Virus record (IMG/VR): IMGVR_UViG_3300011415_000011
Coordinates: 1 to 41,203 of that record
DNA length: 41,203 nt
Source: a virus
Taxonomy: Duplodnaviria; Caudoviricetes
Direction: 5' to 3' (one strand)
Of the stretch, positions 20,488 to 28,538 are shown one piece after another. A model generated the notes under the pieces. That model did no database searches, was not told the origin of the DNA, and was given only the letters and a program-made list of their open reading frames with translations. The position numbers and the translations under genes were made by a program. The first letter of the stretch is position 1. The number at the start of each line of letters is the position of its first letter.

Positions 20488-21000
20488 ATGGTTCAGATTA
20501 GCGAAATAGACGGAAAAACACCTGAACAAATGGAAAAAATTCTAGAATTCGCCAAAAATCCAAAAGGTTTTTTCCTAATGGCTGGCTCAAATGGCACAGG
20601 TAAAAGTTTTGTGGCGGAAGCAATTTACAATTCAATTCGTGTTCCTATTCATGAAATGGACTTAAAATTAATGATTTCTCAGACAGATTTAAATTTAAAA
20701 TGGCAAAAACAACTCAAAGACTGGGGTGAAACGACATATTTATTAGATCAAATCATTTCAACTAAAATACTTGTTCTAGATGATATAGGAACAAGAACAC
20801 CGACAGAAAGTTTCATGGATTTTTTATATGCTATTGCAGATAAACGATATAGTGATAAATTTAATTGTGGAACAATTATAACAACTAATTTAAATTCCCA
20901 AAACATGCGTTTAAAATTCGGAGATGCTTTCGTTAGCAGAGTAGCTTCTGGAGTATGTTTGAGAATGGATGGAAAAGATCGAAGATTTTTAGAATTTTAA
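20488..21000 (+). CDS. DnaC/IstB-like AAA+ helicase loader
   Basis: Walker A GSNGTGKS, Walker B VLDDIG, IITTNL and GKDRR; start could instead be 20473. Confidence 0.85.
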   Translation: MVQISEIDGKTPEQMEKILEFAKNPKGFFLMAGSNGTGKSFVAEAIYNSIRVPIHEMDLKLMISQTDLNLKWQKQLKDWGETTYLLDQIISTKILVLDDIGTRTPTESFMDFLYAIADKRYSDKFNCGTIITTNLNSQNMRLKFGDAFVSRVASGVCLRMDGKDRRFLEF

Positions 21001-21007
21001 GGAATTT

Positions 21008-21193
21008 ATGAAAAATATCAAAATATTTACAAACGGTAAAGTAGCTACTTTAGAAAAGTCAATAAATGATTTTGTGTTAAAAATACCAGACAATTATGAA
21101 ATTGACGATATAAAATTTACAACAAGTCAATCATGGGATGAAAGTTTTGAAAAAACAGATTATACATATTCAGCAATGATAATTTATTCGTAA
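21008..21193 (+). CDS. Small hypothetical protein
   Basis: 61 aa with SD AAGGA; IDDIKFT...YSAMIIY pattern. Confidence 0.55.
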   Translation: MKNIKIFTNGKVATLEKSINDFVLKIPDNYEIDDIKFTTSQSWDESFEKTDYTYSAMIIYS

Positions 21194-21203
21194 AGGATTA
21201 AAA

Positions 21204-21557
21204 ATGAGCAATATAGAGCTAGTAAAATTCGAAGAATATCCACATGATCAATATACAAAAGCTATTGCTGTTTTATGTGTGGATGGGAAATACAATATTT
21301 CTTATGGTAAAAAAGCTATGAAAGATGGTGGCACTTATTGGGCTAGTCCTAGCTTTGGCGTTTCCGATGGCAGCGGCAGCAAGGAATATTTCGAAGGATT
21401 TAGCATGGACTCTAAGAAAGAAGATCAGAAGTTCAAGGATTTCATCAAGCAATGCGAAGACAAGCTTCGAGGTAAGCAAACTGACTTGCCTAGGTCAGAT
21501 GTGCCATTTATTCAAAGACCGCAAGAGGTGGCAGTAAACGAAGGTCTTCCGTTTTGA
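21204..21557 (+). CDS. Putative single-stranded DNA-binding protein
   Basis: Beta-rich with an SSB-type C-terminal tip (EGLPF); located in the replication operon. Confidence 0.55.
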   Translation: MSNIELVKFEEYPHDQYTKAIAVLCVDGKYNISYGKKAMKDGGTYWASPSFGVSDGSGSKEYFEGFSMDSKKEDQKFKDFIKQCEDKLRGKQTDLPRSDVPFIQRPQEVAVNEGLPF

Positions 21558-22023
21558 TTTTAAGGGGTCGCCAATCGATCAGCGCGGTTTAACTGCAAAA
21601 TCACCCAGGCGAGCCAAGCAAATCAAATTAGAGCCTTCTGTCGAGTTCGGCACATTTATCCAAGATAGGCAAATTTTGCTTGTCTTGGATCTAAAACTTG
21701 CCAATGAAGCTAATAGCTCCGAAGGATGGCGCGTTAAGCATGCGAGGCATAAGAAGCAGAAAAGGCAGATTTTCTTTGAAATGATCCCTATAAAGCACTT
21801 GATTAAATTGCCTTGCACTCTTAAGATTACCCGATTTGCGCCTAAGATGCTAGACCGACACGATAACCTGCCTTATTCTTCAAAATGGGTCAACGACCAG
21901 TTGTGCGCAGAGATTACAGGAGATTTGCGTCCGGGGCGAGCGGATGATCACGACGGTTTTGCATTCCAGTACGACCAAGTTAAGTCCAAAAAGTATTATG
22001 TTAAAATTGAAATAAGTTGGTGA
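21538..22023 (+). CDS. RusA-like Holliday junction resolvase (start uncertain: ACG 21538 or TTG 21676)
   Basis: LPCTLKITR...LDRHDNL...K.VND...DD...YDQ pattern. Confidence 0.6.
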   Translation, partial: TKVFRFDFKGSPIDQRGLTAKSPRRAKQIKLEPSVEFGTFIQDRQILLVLDLKLANEANSSEGWRVKHARHKKQKRQIFFEMIPIKHLIKLPCTLKITRFAPKMLDRHDNLPYSSKWVNDQLCAEITGDLRPGRADDHDGFAFQYDQVKSKKYYVKIEISW

Positions 22024-22024
22024 T

Positions 22025-22333
22025 ATGGAATTTAAAAGAAAAGCTGCACAACAAAATATTGACCCTGATTATGTCAAAATGACTGGAGGAATTAGCGAAG
22101 AACTTATGGGGAAATCTGATATGGCAAAACAAAAATCAAGTTACTACTATTCTTTAGACGATATGATAAATATTTTCAAAGATCACTCGAAGCAAAATGA
22201 AAAGCAGATGAAAAAAGTCAAAAAAGATTTTCCAGACGTTGATTGGACAAAAGATCAATTTAATATTTCAAAGGCACTTTATTCGATTTGCCATGAGATC
22301 GATCAATTGAAAAATGGCGGAAATTACAAGTAA
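22025..22333 (+). CDS. Hypothetical protein
   Basis: 102-aa ORF in the operon. Confidence 0.55.
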   Translation: MEFKRKAAQQNIDPDYVKMTGGISEELMGKSDMAKQKSSYYYSLDDMINIFKDHSKQNEKQMKKVKKDFPDVDWTKDQFNISKALYSICHEIDQLKNGGNYK

Positions 22334-22369
22334 AATCATATCAAAAATGGCGGAAATTACAGGTAAAAT
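22310..22369 (+). repeat. Direct repeat of 27 bp with a 33-bp period
   Basis: AAAAATGGCGGAAATTACA(A/G)GTAAAAT at 22310 and 22343. Confidence 0.85.
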
Positions 22370-22395
22370 TGTAGGCTGCTATTGGGCAGCTTGCT

Positions 22396-22614
22396 TTAGA
22401 ATTGCACCTTATATGACGTACAAATATTTCTTTCTAAAATTGTAAGTCGTTCTTCCAATTCATTGATTTTCTTCGTTAACTCTCCATTTTTTGCGAACAA
22501 ACTTTTTCTGACCTTGTTAGCAGATTCCTCGCACTTTTCCATTCGCGCCTTTAATATGCTGGTCTCGCTTTCCTCAAAAAAATCAAGCTGGTAAAGTATA
22601 GCCATATAATACAT
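22396..22614 (-). CDS. Coiled-coil hypothetical protein
   Basis: 72 aa; QLDFF motif and heptad pattern. Confidence 0.55.
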   Translation of the reverse strand: MYYMAILYQLDFFEESETSILKARMEKCEESANKVRKSLFAKNGELTKKINELEERLTILERNICTSYKVQF

Positions 22615-22689
22615 ATTTTTCTTTTAAATTTACTAGTAAATTTAAATATGCTAAGATGTTGGCATTAAACAATCAAGGTTTTTTTACCG

Positions 22690-23148
22690 ATGAAGACAAA
22701 ACTTAGCTCAGAACAAATTATAATATATACAATTTGTGGCATACTTTTTATTTTAGGTACATTCTTTGCTATAAGAGGAAATGCTTGTGAATATTGGATG
22801 GAAGATAAATTTGTAATACTAAATAGTAGTCAGGCACGTACCTACAGAGATAAAAAGAACTATCATCAAGAGCAGGGTATTTTAGCTTTAGAGAGAGCAC
22901 AGGAAAAGTTTTGGTGGTTGCCAAGGATTAACGATAGAGTTATGGCTAGATCTTGCTACACGTCTGTTTTAACTACTGTAACAGCTTCAACACCGCAAAG
23001 TAAGATAATGGCAGCTGTAGTAAATATGATGATAACGTATGGATTGTCTGCGATGGATGAATGGGATTATATAAACTATAATCTTGCTGAAGCAGAGCAT
23101 CATTTTGAGCTTATGGAATTCTATAACGATGTTTTGAATAAGGCATAG
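22690..23148 (+). CDS. Exported or membrane-anchored hypothetical protein
   Basis: N-terminal hydrophobic helix and a helical body. Confidence 0.6.
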   Translation: MKTKLSSEQIIIYTICGILFILGTFFAIRGNACEYWMEDKFVILNSSQARTYRDKKNYHQEQGILALERAQEKFWWLPRINDRVMARSCYTSVLTTVTASTPQSKIMAAVVNMMITYGLSAMDEWDYINYNLAEAEHHFELMEFYNDVLNKA

Positions 23149-23149
23149 T

Positions 23150-23374
23150 ATGAAAATAGACCTGACTAAAGAAGAGTGGGAGTTTTTGAAAAATGAATTT
23201 GAAAATAATAAAAAATATATTTTAAACGGATTGTTAGAACGCGATGATGAAATGTTTTTATTGCTAAATCTGATTTTACAAAAACTCGGCAGCGAATGGG
23301 TTGATGGTGAATGCAATGCAACTTTACCTTGTGGATATGAAAATGGAAAAGAACCAAGATTTACTTATGACTAA
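23150..23374 (+). CDS. Hypothetical protein
   Basis: 74-aa ORF in a closely packed cluster. Confidence 0.5.
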   Translation: MKIDLTKEEWEFLKNEFENNKKYILNGLLERDDEMFLLLNLILQKLGSEWVDGECNATLPCGYENGKEPRFTYD

Positions 23375-23555
23375 CTGCAAAGGTGAAGAATTAAATAGAA
23401 AAAAGAATCTTCTGCTTGCTAAATTAGCCTATAGGGATATCATGCATGTAATAAATGATTGGGAACAAAATAGCGGAATAAATATTAGGTTTAATTGGGA
23501 TGAGTGCATTACTATAGATGATGAAAACTTCTCTTGTTGGAGTGAGGATGACTGA
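23367..23555 (+). CDS. Hypothetical protein
   Basis: Probable start MTNCKG overlapping the upstream stop. Confidence 0.45.
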   Translation: MTNCKGEELNRKKNLLLAKLAYRDIMHVINDWEQNSGINIRFNWDECITIDDENFSCWSEDD

Positions 23556-23590
23556 CTGCAAAGGCCTTTTCGGAAAATGATAGGAAAAAA

Positions 23591-23896
23591 ATGGCATCAA
23601 TAAGAAAAAGAATTGCTTCTGGTTGTGTAAATATATCTTATCAAGTCCAGTTAAGAAGAAAAGGGCTTCCCTCCGTTACTATTAGTTTTGTCACTTATGA
23701 AGAAGCTTCTAAGTGGGTAGAAAATAATGAAGAAAATTATTTGAGAAATCCAGATTCATATTCTCATTTGAAATCTGATTATCGGGAATTAAGGAGACAG
23801 CGAGAATTTAAAAAGAAAAAAATGCAAGATTATATTCCCCGAAAAAAACCAAAAAATATATCTGAGGAATTAGAGGTTTTTCATGAATCCATGTAA
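23591..23896 (+). CDS. Stand-alone integrase arm-type/AP2-like DNA-binding protein
   Basis: MASIRKR...YQVQLRRKGLP...SF.T.EEA.KW resembles the N-terminus of tyrosine integrases; no catalytic domain follows. Confidence 0.55.
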   Translation: MASIRKRIASGCVNISYQVQLRRKGLPSVTISFVTYEEASKWVENNEENYLRNPDSYSHLKSDYRELRRQREFKKKKMQDYIPRKKPKNISEELEVFHESM

Positions 23897-24074
23897 TAGC
23901 CTTTTCGGAAAGTGGTTTGGACATTGTTTTAAGAAATTTTTAATTAAAGAAAGTACCATCGGAAAAATAGGGCCTTGTTCCGTTGCTCAGGAATCAACAA
24001 AAATAATTATTGAAAATATGAATGACTATTATCAAATCAGATGCAAGCGCTGTGGGTGCAAGGCAGATGAATGA
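23883..24074 (+). CDS. Small Cys-containing protein
   Basis: GH.F...CKRCG zinc-binding pattern. Confidence 0.5.
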   Translation: MNPCNSLFGKWFGHCFKKFLIKESTIGKIGPCSVAQESTKIIIENMNDYYQIRCKRCGCKADE

Positions 24075-24128
24075 AGTTATAGTAACTTTTTACTATAAGT
24101 ATATATAACTCACTATAAGTTGGTATAA

Positions 24129-24320
24129 ATGCCCGATATTACTTTATGTAACGATGACAAATGTCATTTAAAAAATAAATGCTACAGATTTATGGCGATT
24201 CCCAGCAATCATAGGCAATCATATTTTTCGCAAACTCCTAGGATAGATTATGAGTGTGATTATTTTTGTCCAATTGAATCAGGTCAATCAATCAAGGATA
24301 TAAATAATGCCGATGTATGA
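24129..24320 (+). CDS. Small Cys-rich phage protein
   Basis: DITLC...C..K.KCYRF...QSYF...CDYF. Confidence 0.55.
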   Translation: MPDITLCNDDKCHLKNKCYRFMAIPSNHRQSYFSQTPRIDYECDYFCPIESGQSIKDINNADV

Positions 24321-24501
24321 CTATAAATGCCCGAAATGTAGAGAAATAACAGAAATTCCAAAGAGGATTGAAGATTGTTATATTTGTCCTGATTGTTTCA
24401 AATGCCAACAACCAACTTTTTTAATGGTATCCAAACCTTCTGGCATTCACTTCAAAGGCTCTGGATTTTACGAAACTGACTATAAGGGAAAGAATGGCTA
24501 A
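24307..24501 (+). CDS. FmdB-family zinc-ribbon protein
   Basis: MPMYDYKCPKC...C..C...HFKGSGFYETDY. Confidence 0.85.
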   Translation: MPMYDYKCPKCREITEIPKRIEDCYICPDCFKCQQPTFLMVSKPSGIHFKGSGFYETDYKGKNG

Positions 24502-24832
24502 AAAAGACCTACAACAAGAAATTAACGAATTCCTAGAAGTATTTGATGTGAAAAGTTTAATTGATTTCCTTGAATGTTCTATTCCACTTACTGAACTATA
24601 CGACGTAGAAGAGAATAAAGATTGGGTCGAGGATTATGTTGGCAAGGATCAAGCTTCAACTATACGAATGATTCGTACAGTTTACCTGATATCAAAATTA
24701 GCTGATGCTAGTGGTGGTAAATTAGCTACTGTTAAAGCTAAATTTGGCAGCTTATGGAAGCGGTTAGAAAAAATTCATGATGAAACTAAAGAGCAAAAAG
24801 ATAATGATGATCTTGACAAATTAAATAAATAG
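24494..24832 (+). CDS. Hypothetical protein
   Basis: 112-aa ORF overlapping the upstream gene end. Confidence 0.6.
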   Translation: MAKKDLQQEINEFLEVFDVKSLIDFLECSIPLTELYDVEENKDWVEDYVGKDQASTIRMIRTVYLISKLADASGGKLATVKAKFGSLWKRLEKIHDETKEQKDNDDLDKLNK

Positions 24833-24860
24833 GTTATAACTATCCTAAAAAGGATTATAT

Positions 24861-25367
24861 ATGACTTGCGCACCTTCTCATTTACTACCAGAAAGAAATC
24901 CTAGAGGAAGGCCAAGAGAACACGATCGCGATCAAATTGCCTTAGAATTAATTGAATGGGCTAAACAACCAGATAGTATTAATTTATGTAAGTTTTGCTG
25001 TACTCGAGAACCTCCTTTAAATCCTCGAAGAATTACAGATTGGGCAAAAGAATGTGATAATTTTCGGGGAGCGTATGACACTGCTAAGGCATTTTTAGGA
25101 GCAAGACGCGAAGAATGGTTGAACCAAGAACACCTCCACGTTAAAGCGTACGACCTAAATGCAACTACATATGACATATTCTTAAAAGAAGAAAAACAAG
25201 ATCAGCAGAAGTTTGAGTCAAAGCTTAAAACTGAGGAAGCAGTCACTGTCGACGCTGCATTCAACGATAAGTTTGATAGATTTAACAAAGCCATTGAGAT
25301 AGCTCAAGCATCATCTAAAGCTTTAAAGAGTTCTGAAATTAAAAGCAATGCTGACGCAAAATCATAA
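24861..25367 (+). CDS. Terminase small subunit
   Basis: GRPREH N-terminus, HTH-like segment and F..AY..AK motif; upstream of the large terminase; TTGACA-N16-TATAAC promoter upstream. Confidence 0.7.
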   Translation: MTCAPSHLLPERNPRGRPREHDRDQIALELIEWAKQPDSINLCKFCCTREPPLNPRRITDWAKECDNFRGAYDTAKAFLGARREEWLNQEHLHVKAYDLNATTYDIFLKEEKQDQQKFESKLKTEEAVTVDAAFNDKFDRFNKAIEIAQASSKALKSSEIKSNADAKS

Positions 25368-25693
25368 TGTGTAATTGGGGCTAAAGCTGCATGTTGAGGT
25401 AGATTCTCAATGTTATTTATCATATCACTGAGCATACCTAGGAGTTCTTTCTTATCTGGTTTGTTTAGTGGTATGTCAAGCGGCTTTACATCTGATGACA
25501 TTTCTTTTATTGTAACTACGATTTCGTTTCCTAAATCATCCACTCGTATGAAGTTAGACCAGTCTCTAGATCCACATTGCATTTTATTCCCTGCTGATAC
25601 AGCAATTTCTCCGCATGTACATTCTACATAATCCTGATCGTGAAAACTTTCGATGATGTCATTGCAAAGCTTGCATTTAGCGCGATTTTTCAT
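25304..25693 (-). CDS. Zinc-binding hypothetical protein inserted antisense between the terminase genes
   Basis: NRAKCKLCNDIIES...YVECTCGEIAV motif. Confidence 0.65.
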   Translation of the reverse strand: MKNRAKCKLCNDIIESFHDQDYVECTCGEIAVSAGNKMQCGSRDWSNFIRVDDLGNEIVVTIKEMSSDVKPLDIPLNKPDKKELLGMLSDMINNIENLPQHAALAPITHYDFASALLLISELFKALDDA

Positions 25694-25714
25694 TAGGATG
25701 CCTCAAAACTATAG

Positions 25715-27013
25715 GTGAATATGGAAAATCTTCCTCTTGCTCCTAGGCAAGTAGAGTTCATTATTAACGCAACTGCTCATTGGAACTTAGCACATGGTTC
25801 GGTGCGTTCTGGTAAGACTGTCGGGTCATTATTTGCCTTTATGAATGCTGTAGAAACTTGTCCAGATAGCCAAATATTCATGGTTGGGCATAGTAGCGAT
25901 ACGATATTTCAGAATGCAATAAGATTATTACTTGAGAGCGAACAATTATCCATATATAAGCCATATTGCACTTGGTATAGTGGTAAGAGGCAACTAAAGT
26001 ATAAAGATAAAACTATTCAGACATTAGGTGCTAAGGATGAAGGGGCTATTGGGCAATTCCAAGGTAAAACTTTTAGCTTATGTTATAATGATGAAATGAC
26101 ATTATATCCTGAGTCCATCATTGATATGATTGATACACGTTTAAGCAATCCCTGGAGCAAAGGTTTTGCCACTATGAACCCAGCACAGCCTACACATAAG
26201 ATTAAAGAGTGGATAGATAAGGCTGAAGCTGGAGATCCTAATTATTATTCATTACATTTTACTTTGGATGATAACCCATATGTTGATGAAAGTTATAAGC
26301 AGCGTATTCGTAATTCTTTATCTGGTCTTTTCTATAAGCGTAATTACCTTGGCCTTTGGTGCTTGGCTGAGGGGGCAATCTTCGACTTCTTTGACAAGAA
26401 AATACATGTTCTCCCTAAGCCCCCTGCTGCTGCTGAATATTGGGTTGCTGGGATTGATTATGGGGTTAGCAATGCTTTTGCTTGCGTCTTGGTGGGAATA
26501 AATACAGGTATTGCAACGCAGACAGGTAAGCGATTATGGGTTGAGAAGGAATACTATTGGGATTGTAAGAAGACTGGTAGGCAGAAGATCAATAGTGAGT
26601 TTGCAGATGATATTCAAGCTTTCCTTGAGCCATACGCGGTCAAGAATATCTACATTGACCCAAGTGCATTATCAATGAAATTAGAGCTACAGCGTCGAGG
26701 TATGCACATTGTAGAGGCTAATAATGATGTATACAATGGCATTCAAGAGATGTGTACGCAAATGGGTAAAGGTAACTTGTATGTGCTAAAGGATTGCCCT
26801 AATTTGATTCGAGAGATTGAAGGATATGTCTGGGATAGTAAGAAGAGTGCACAAGGTGATGATTGTCCAGTCAAGAAAGCAGACCATGCAGTTGATGCAT
26901 TGAGATATGTTATAGCTACTCATAAGGTTGCAGTTTATAGCCCATTTAAAAATGGCCATAATCCAGAAGACTATGGCCAAGGTAGATTTAATATAGGACC
27001 TAGGATGTTTTAG
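25715..27013 (+). CDS. terL: Terminase large subunit (PBSX-like)
   Basis: Walker A GSVRSGKT, Walker B CYNDEM, TMNP coupling motif; nuclease motifs GIDYG, IDPSA and DHAVDALRY. Confidence 0.95.
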   Translation: MNMENLPLAPRQVEFIINATAHWNLAHGSVRSGKTVGSLFAFMNAVETCPDSQIFMVGHSSDTIFQNAIRLLLESEQLSIYKPYCTWYSGKRQLKYKDKTIQTLGAKDEGAIGQFQGKTFSLCYNDEMTLYPESIIDMIDTRLSNPWSKGFATMNPAQPTHKIKEWIDKAEAGDPNYYSLHFTLDDNPYVDESYKQRIRNSLSGLFYKRNYLGLWCLAEGAIFDFFDKKIHVLPKPPAAAEYWVAGIDYGVSNAFACVLVGINTGIATQTGKRLWVEKEYYWDCKKTGRQKINSEFADDIQAFLEPYAVKNIYIDPSALSMKLELQRRGMHIVEANNDVYNGIQEMCTQMGKGNLYVLKDCPNLIREIEGYVWDSKKSAQGDDCPVKKADHAVDALRYVIATHKVAVYSPFKNGHNPEDYGQGRFNIGPRMF

Positions 27014-27948
27014 GCATCTTCAAGAAATTCTTTCATAGGATCAATTCTTAAATAGTATTCTTTTAGGAAATTAAAGAATTCCATATTTGAAGAGAAGTTT
27101 GATATCTTTGGTAATTTAATAGTTTTATGATCAAACTTTGACATAACTTCTTTAAAGTTATATTTATCATGTTTCATTAATTTTATATAAGCGTCAAAGA
27201 ATTCGCTATTGCTGAAAAATGATTTAGGAGCAAGACTATAACTTATACATTTATCTAAAAATCGGCACACTTCATCAACTTCACGTCTGCGCTCTAATTC
27301 ATTATTAAAAACAAATTCACCACTTCGAAAAATATTGCTAAGTCCTTTTCTTTCTGAAGGTCTTTTTGATAAAGGTAAAGCAGTGCATATATCAAGTTTG
27401 AAATCATCACAGAATTTTTTAAAGTTGATATATTCTTGGTTTCCTAATTTGCAATAGAATTCGCAGAATTGCGGTGTAGTCCATTTTGAAAGGCAATAAC
27501 CAGTATCAACGATATCATTAATATGAAAATCATCAGCTATAATAAAGTAAATAGGAAGCTGCTTTTCAAGGGCTATAGTGAATCTGTGATTTCCATTTGT
27601 AATCTGATATCGATTCGATTCGTTAACCTCACCTTGAGGCTTTAAAACAGTTATAGGATATTCATGAAGAAGATTGTGTCTTTCTATAGACTCTCTAAGC
27701 CTATTTAGGTTTCTATCCTGTAGTTTGCGCTGTAAGTGGAAAGGTTCAAATAGCTTGTAATCAGTGGATGAAAATATTTTAGGTGGCTCTTTTGAAATAT
27801 TTTTTGATTCGGATTGGTTTTGTTGTGGACTAGAAAGTTGATTTAAGGTATCATTTAGGCTATTTTCTGAAAATTCATTTTGTGATAAACAATTTGACAT
27901 ATGACCGTCCTTATGTGTTGCCATATAGTTGTTATCTTGCCAGAGCAC
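27010..27948 (-). CDS. ParB/Srx-like N-terminal domain protein
   Basis: LRESIE..NLL..PITV...YQITNGNHRF; true start probably a downstream Met. Confidence 0.7.
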   Translation of the reverse strand: MLWQDNNYMATHKDGHMSNCLSQNEFSENSLNDTLNQLSSPQQNQSESKNISKEPPKIFSSTDYKLFEPFHLQRKLQDRNLNRLRESIERHNLLHEYPITVLKPQGEVNESNRYQITNGNHRFTIALEKQLPIYFIIADDFHINDIVDTGYCLSKWTTPQFCEFYCKLGNQEYINFKKFCDDFKLDICTALPLSKRPSERKGLSNIFRSGEFVFNNELERRREVDEVCRFLDKCISYSLAPKSFFSNSEFFDAYIKLMKHDKYNFKEVMSKFDHKTIKLPKISNFSSNMEFFNFLKEYYLRIDPMKEFLEDA

Positions 27949-28202
27949 TACTATATGGCATTTGTTTTTGTTAAAATTTTGTCTTTCGTAGATACGAAAG
28001 AACGCATTACGTATAATGTATTTTATTCATAATGGTAAAGGAATAAATTTGACCATCTCAAAAGACCTGCTGCATGAAATCCGCTGCTACTATATAATCT
28101 ACAAACGATTGTCGATTCCGATGATGCAGAGGAAGTGGAAGCTTAGTTGGCAGGTGGCTAGTGAGATTGCTAAATATTTGAAGGCGAAATATTAATTTTT
28201 AC

Positions 28203-28289
28203 GAGTTCCGTATCTCAACTGGAAGAGAGGCGGTATTATGGGGTAAAGCTCAGTTATGCAGGTTATGGGTTCAAATCCCATCGGAACTC
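28203..28289 (+). tRNA. tRNA-like element with an expanded, non-canonical anticodon arm
   Basis: Acceptor GAGTTCCG/CGGAACTC, D arm TCTC-AACTGGAA-GAGA, T arm ATGGG-TTCAAAT-CCCAT; anticodon region is 30 nt instead of 17. Confidence 0.65.
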
Positions 28290-28324
28290 ACCTTGTTAAT
28301 TATTATTTGAAGAGGCTTGGATGA

Positions 28325-28525
28325 TTGATTTTATGGGAGAGTAAAATGAAACAAAATATAGAAAATATTAATGAACAAAAAAAAGAATTGGAATGCGACT
28401 TTTGTCAAGGAAATTGTAAATGTTTTCTAAGACAAAAAAACAATAATATCGAACATTTGATTATATCTAGAAGCGTTAAAAATGAAGTAATCGAGAATAA
28501 AGGACCTATAACTTTTATTAGTTAA
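28325..28525 (+). CDS. Hypothetical protein
   Basis: Small ORF with CDFCQGNCKC; probable start MKQNIE. Confidence 0.4.
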   Translation: MILWESKMKQNIENINEQKKELECDFCQGNCKCFLRQKNNNIEHLIISRSVKNEVIENKGPITFIS

Positions 28526-28538
28526 TTTTTAAGGTGAA

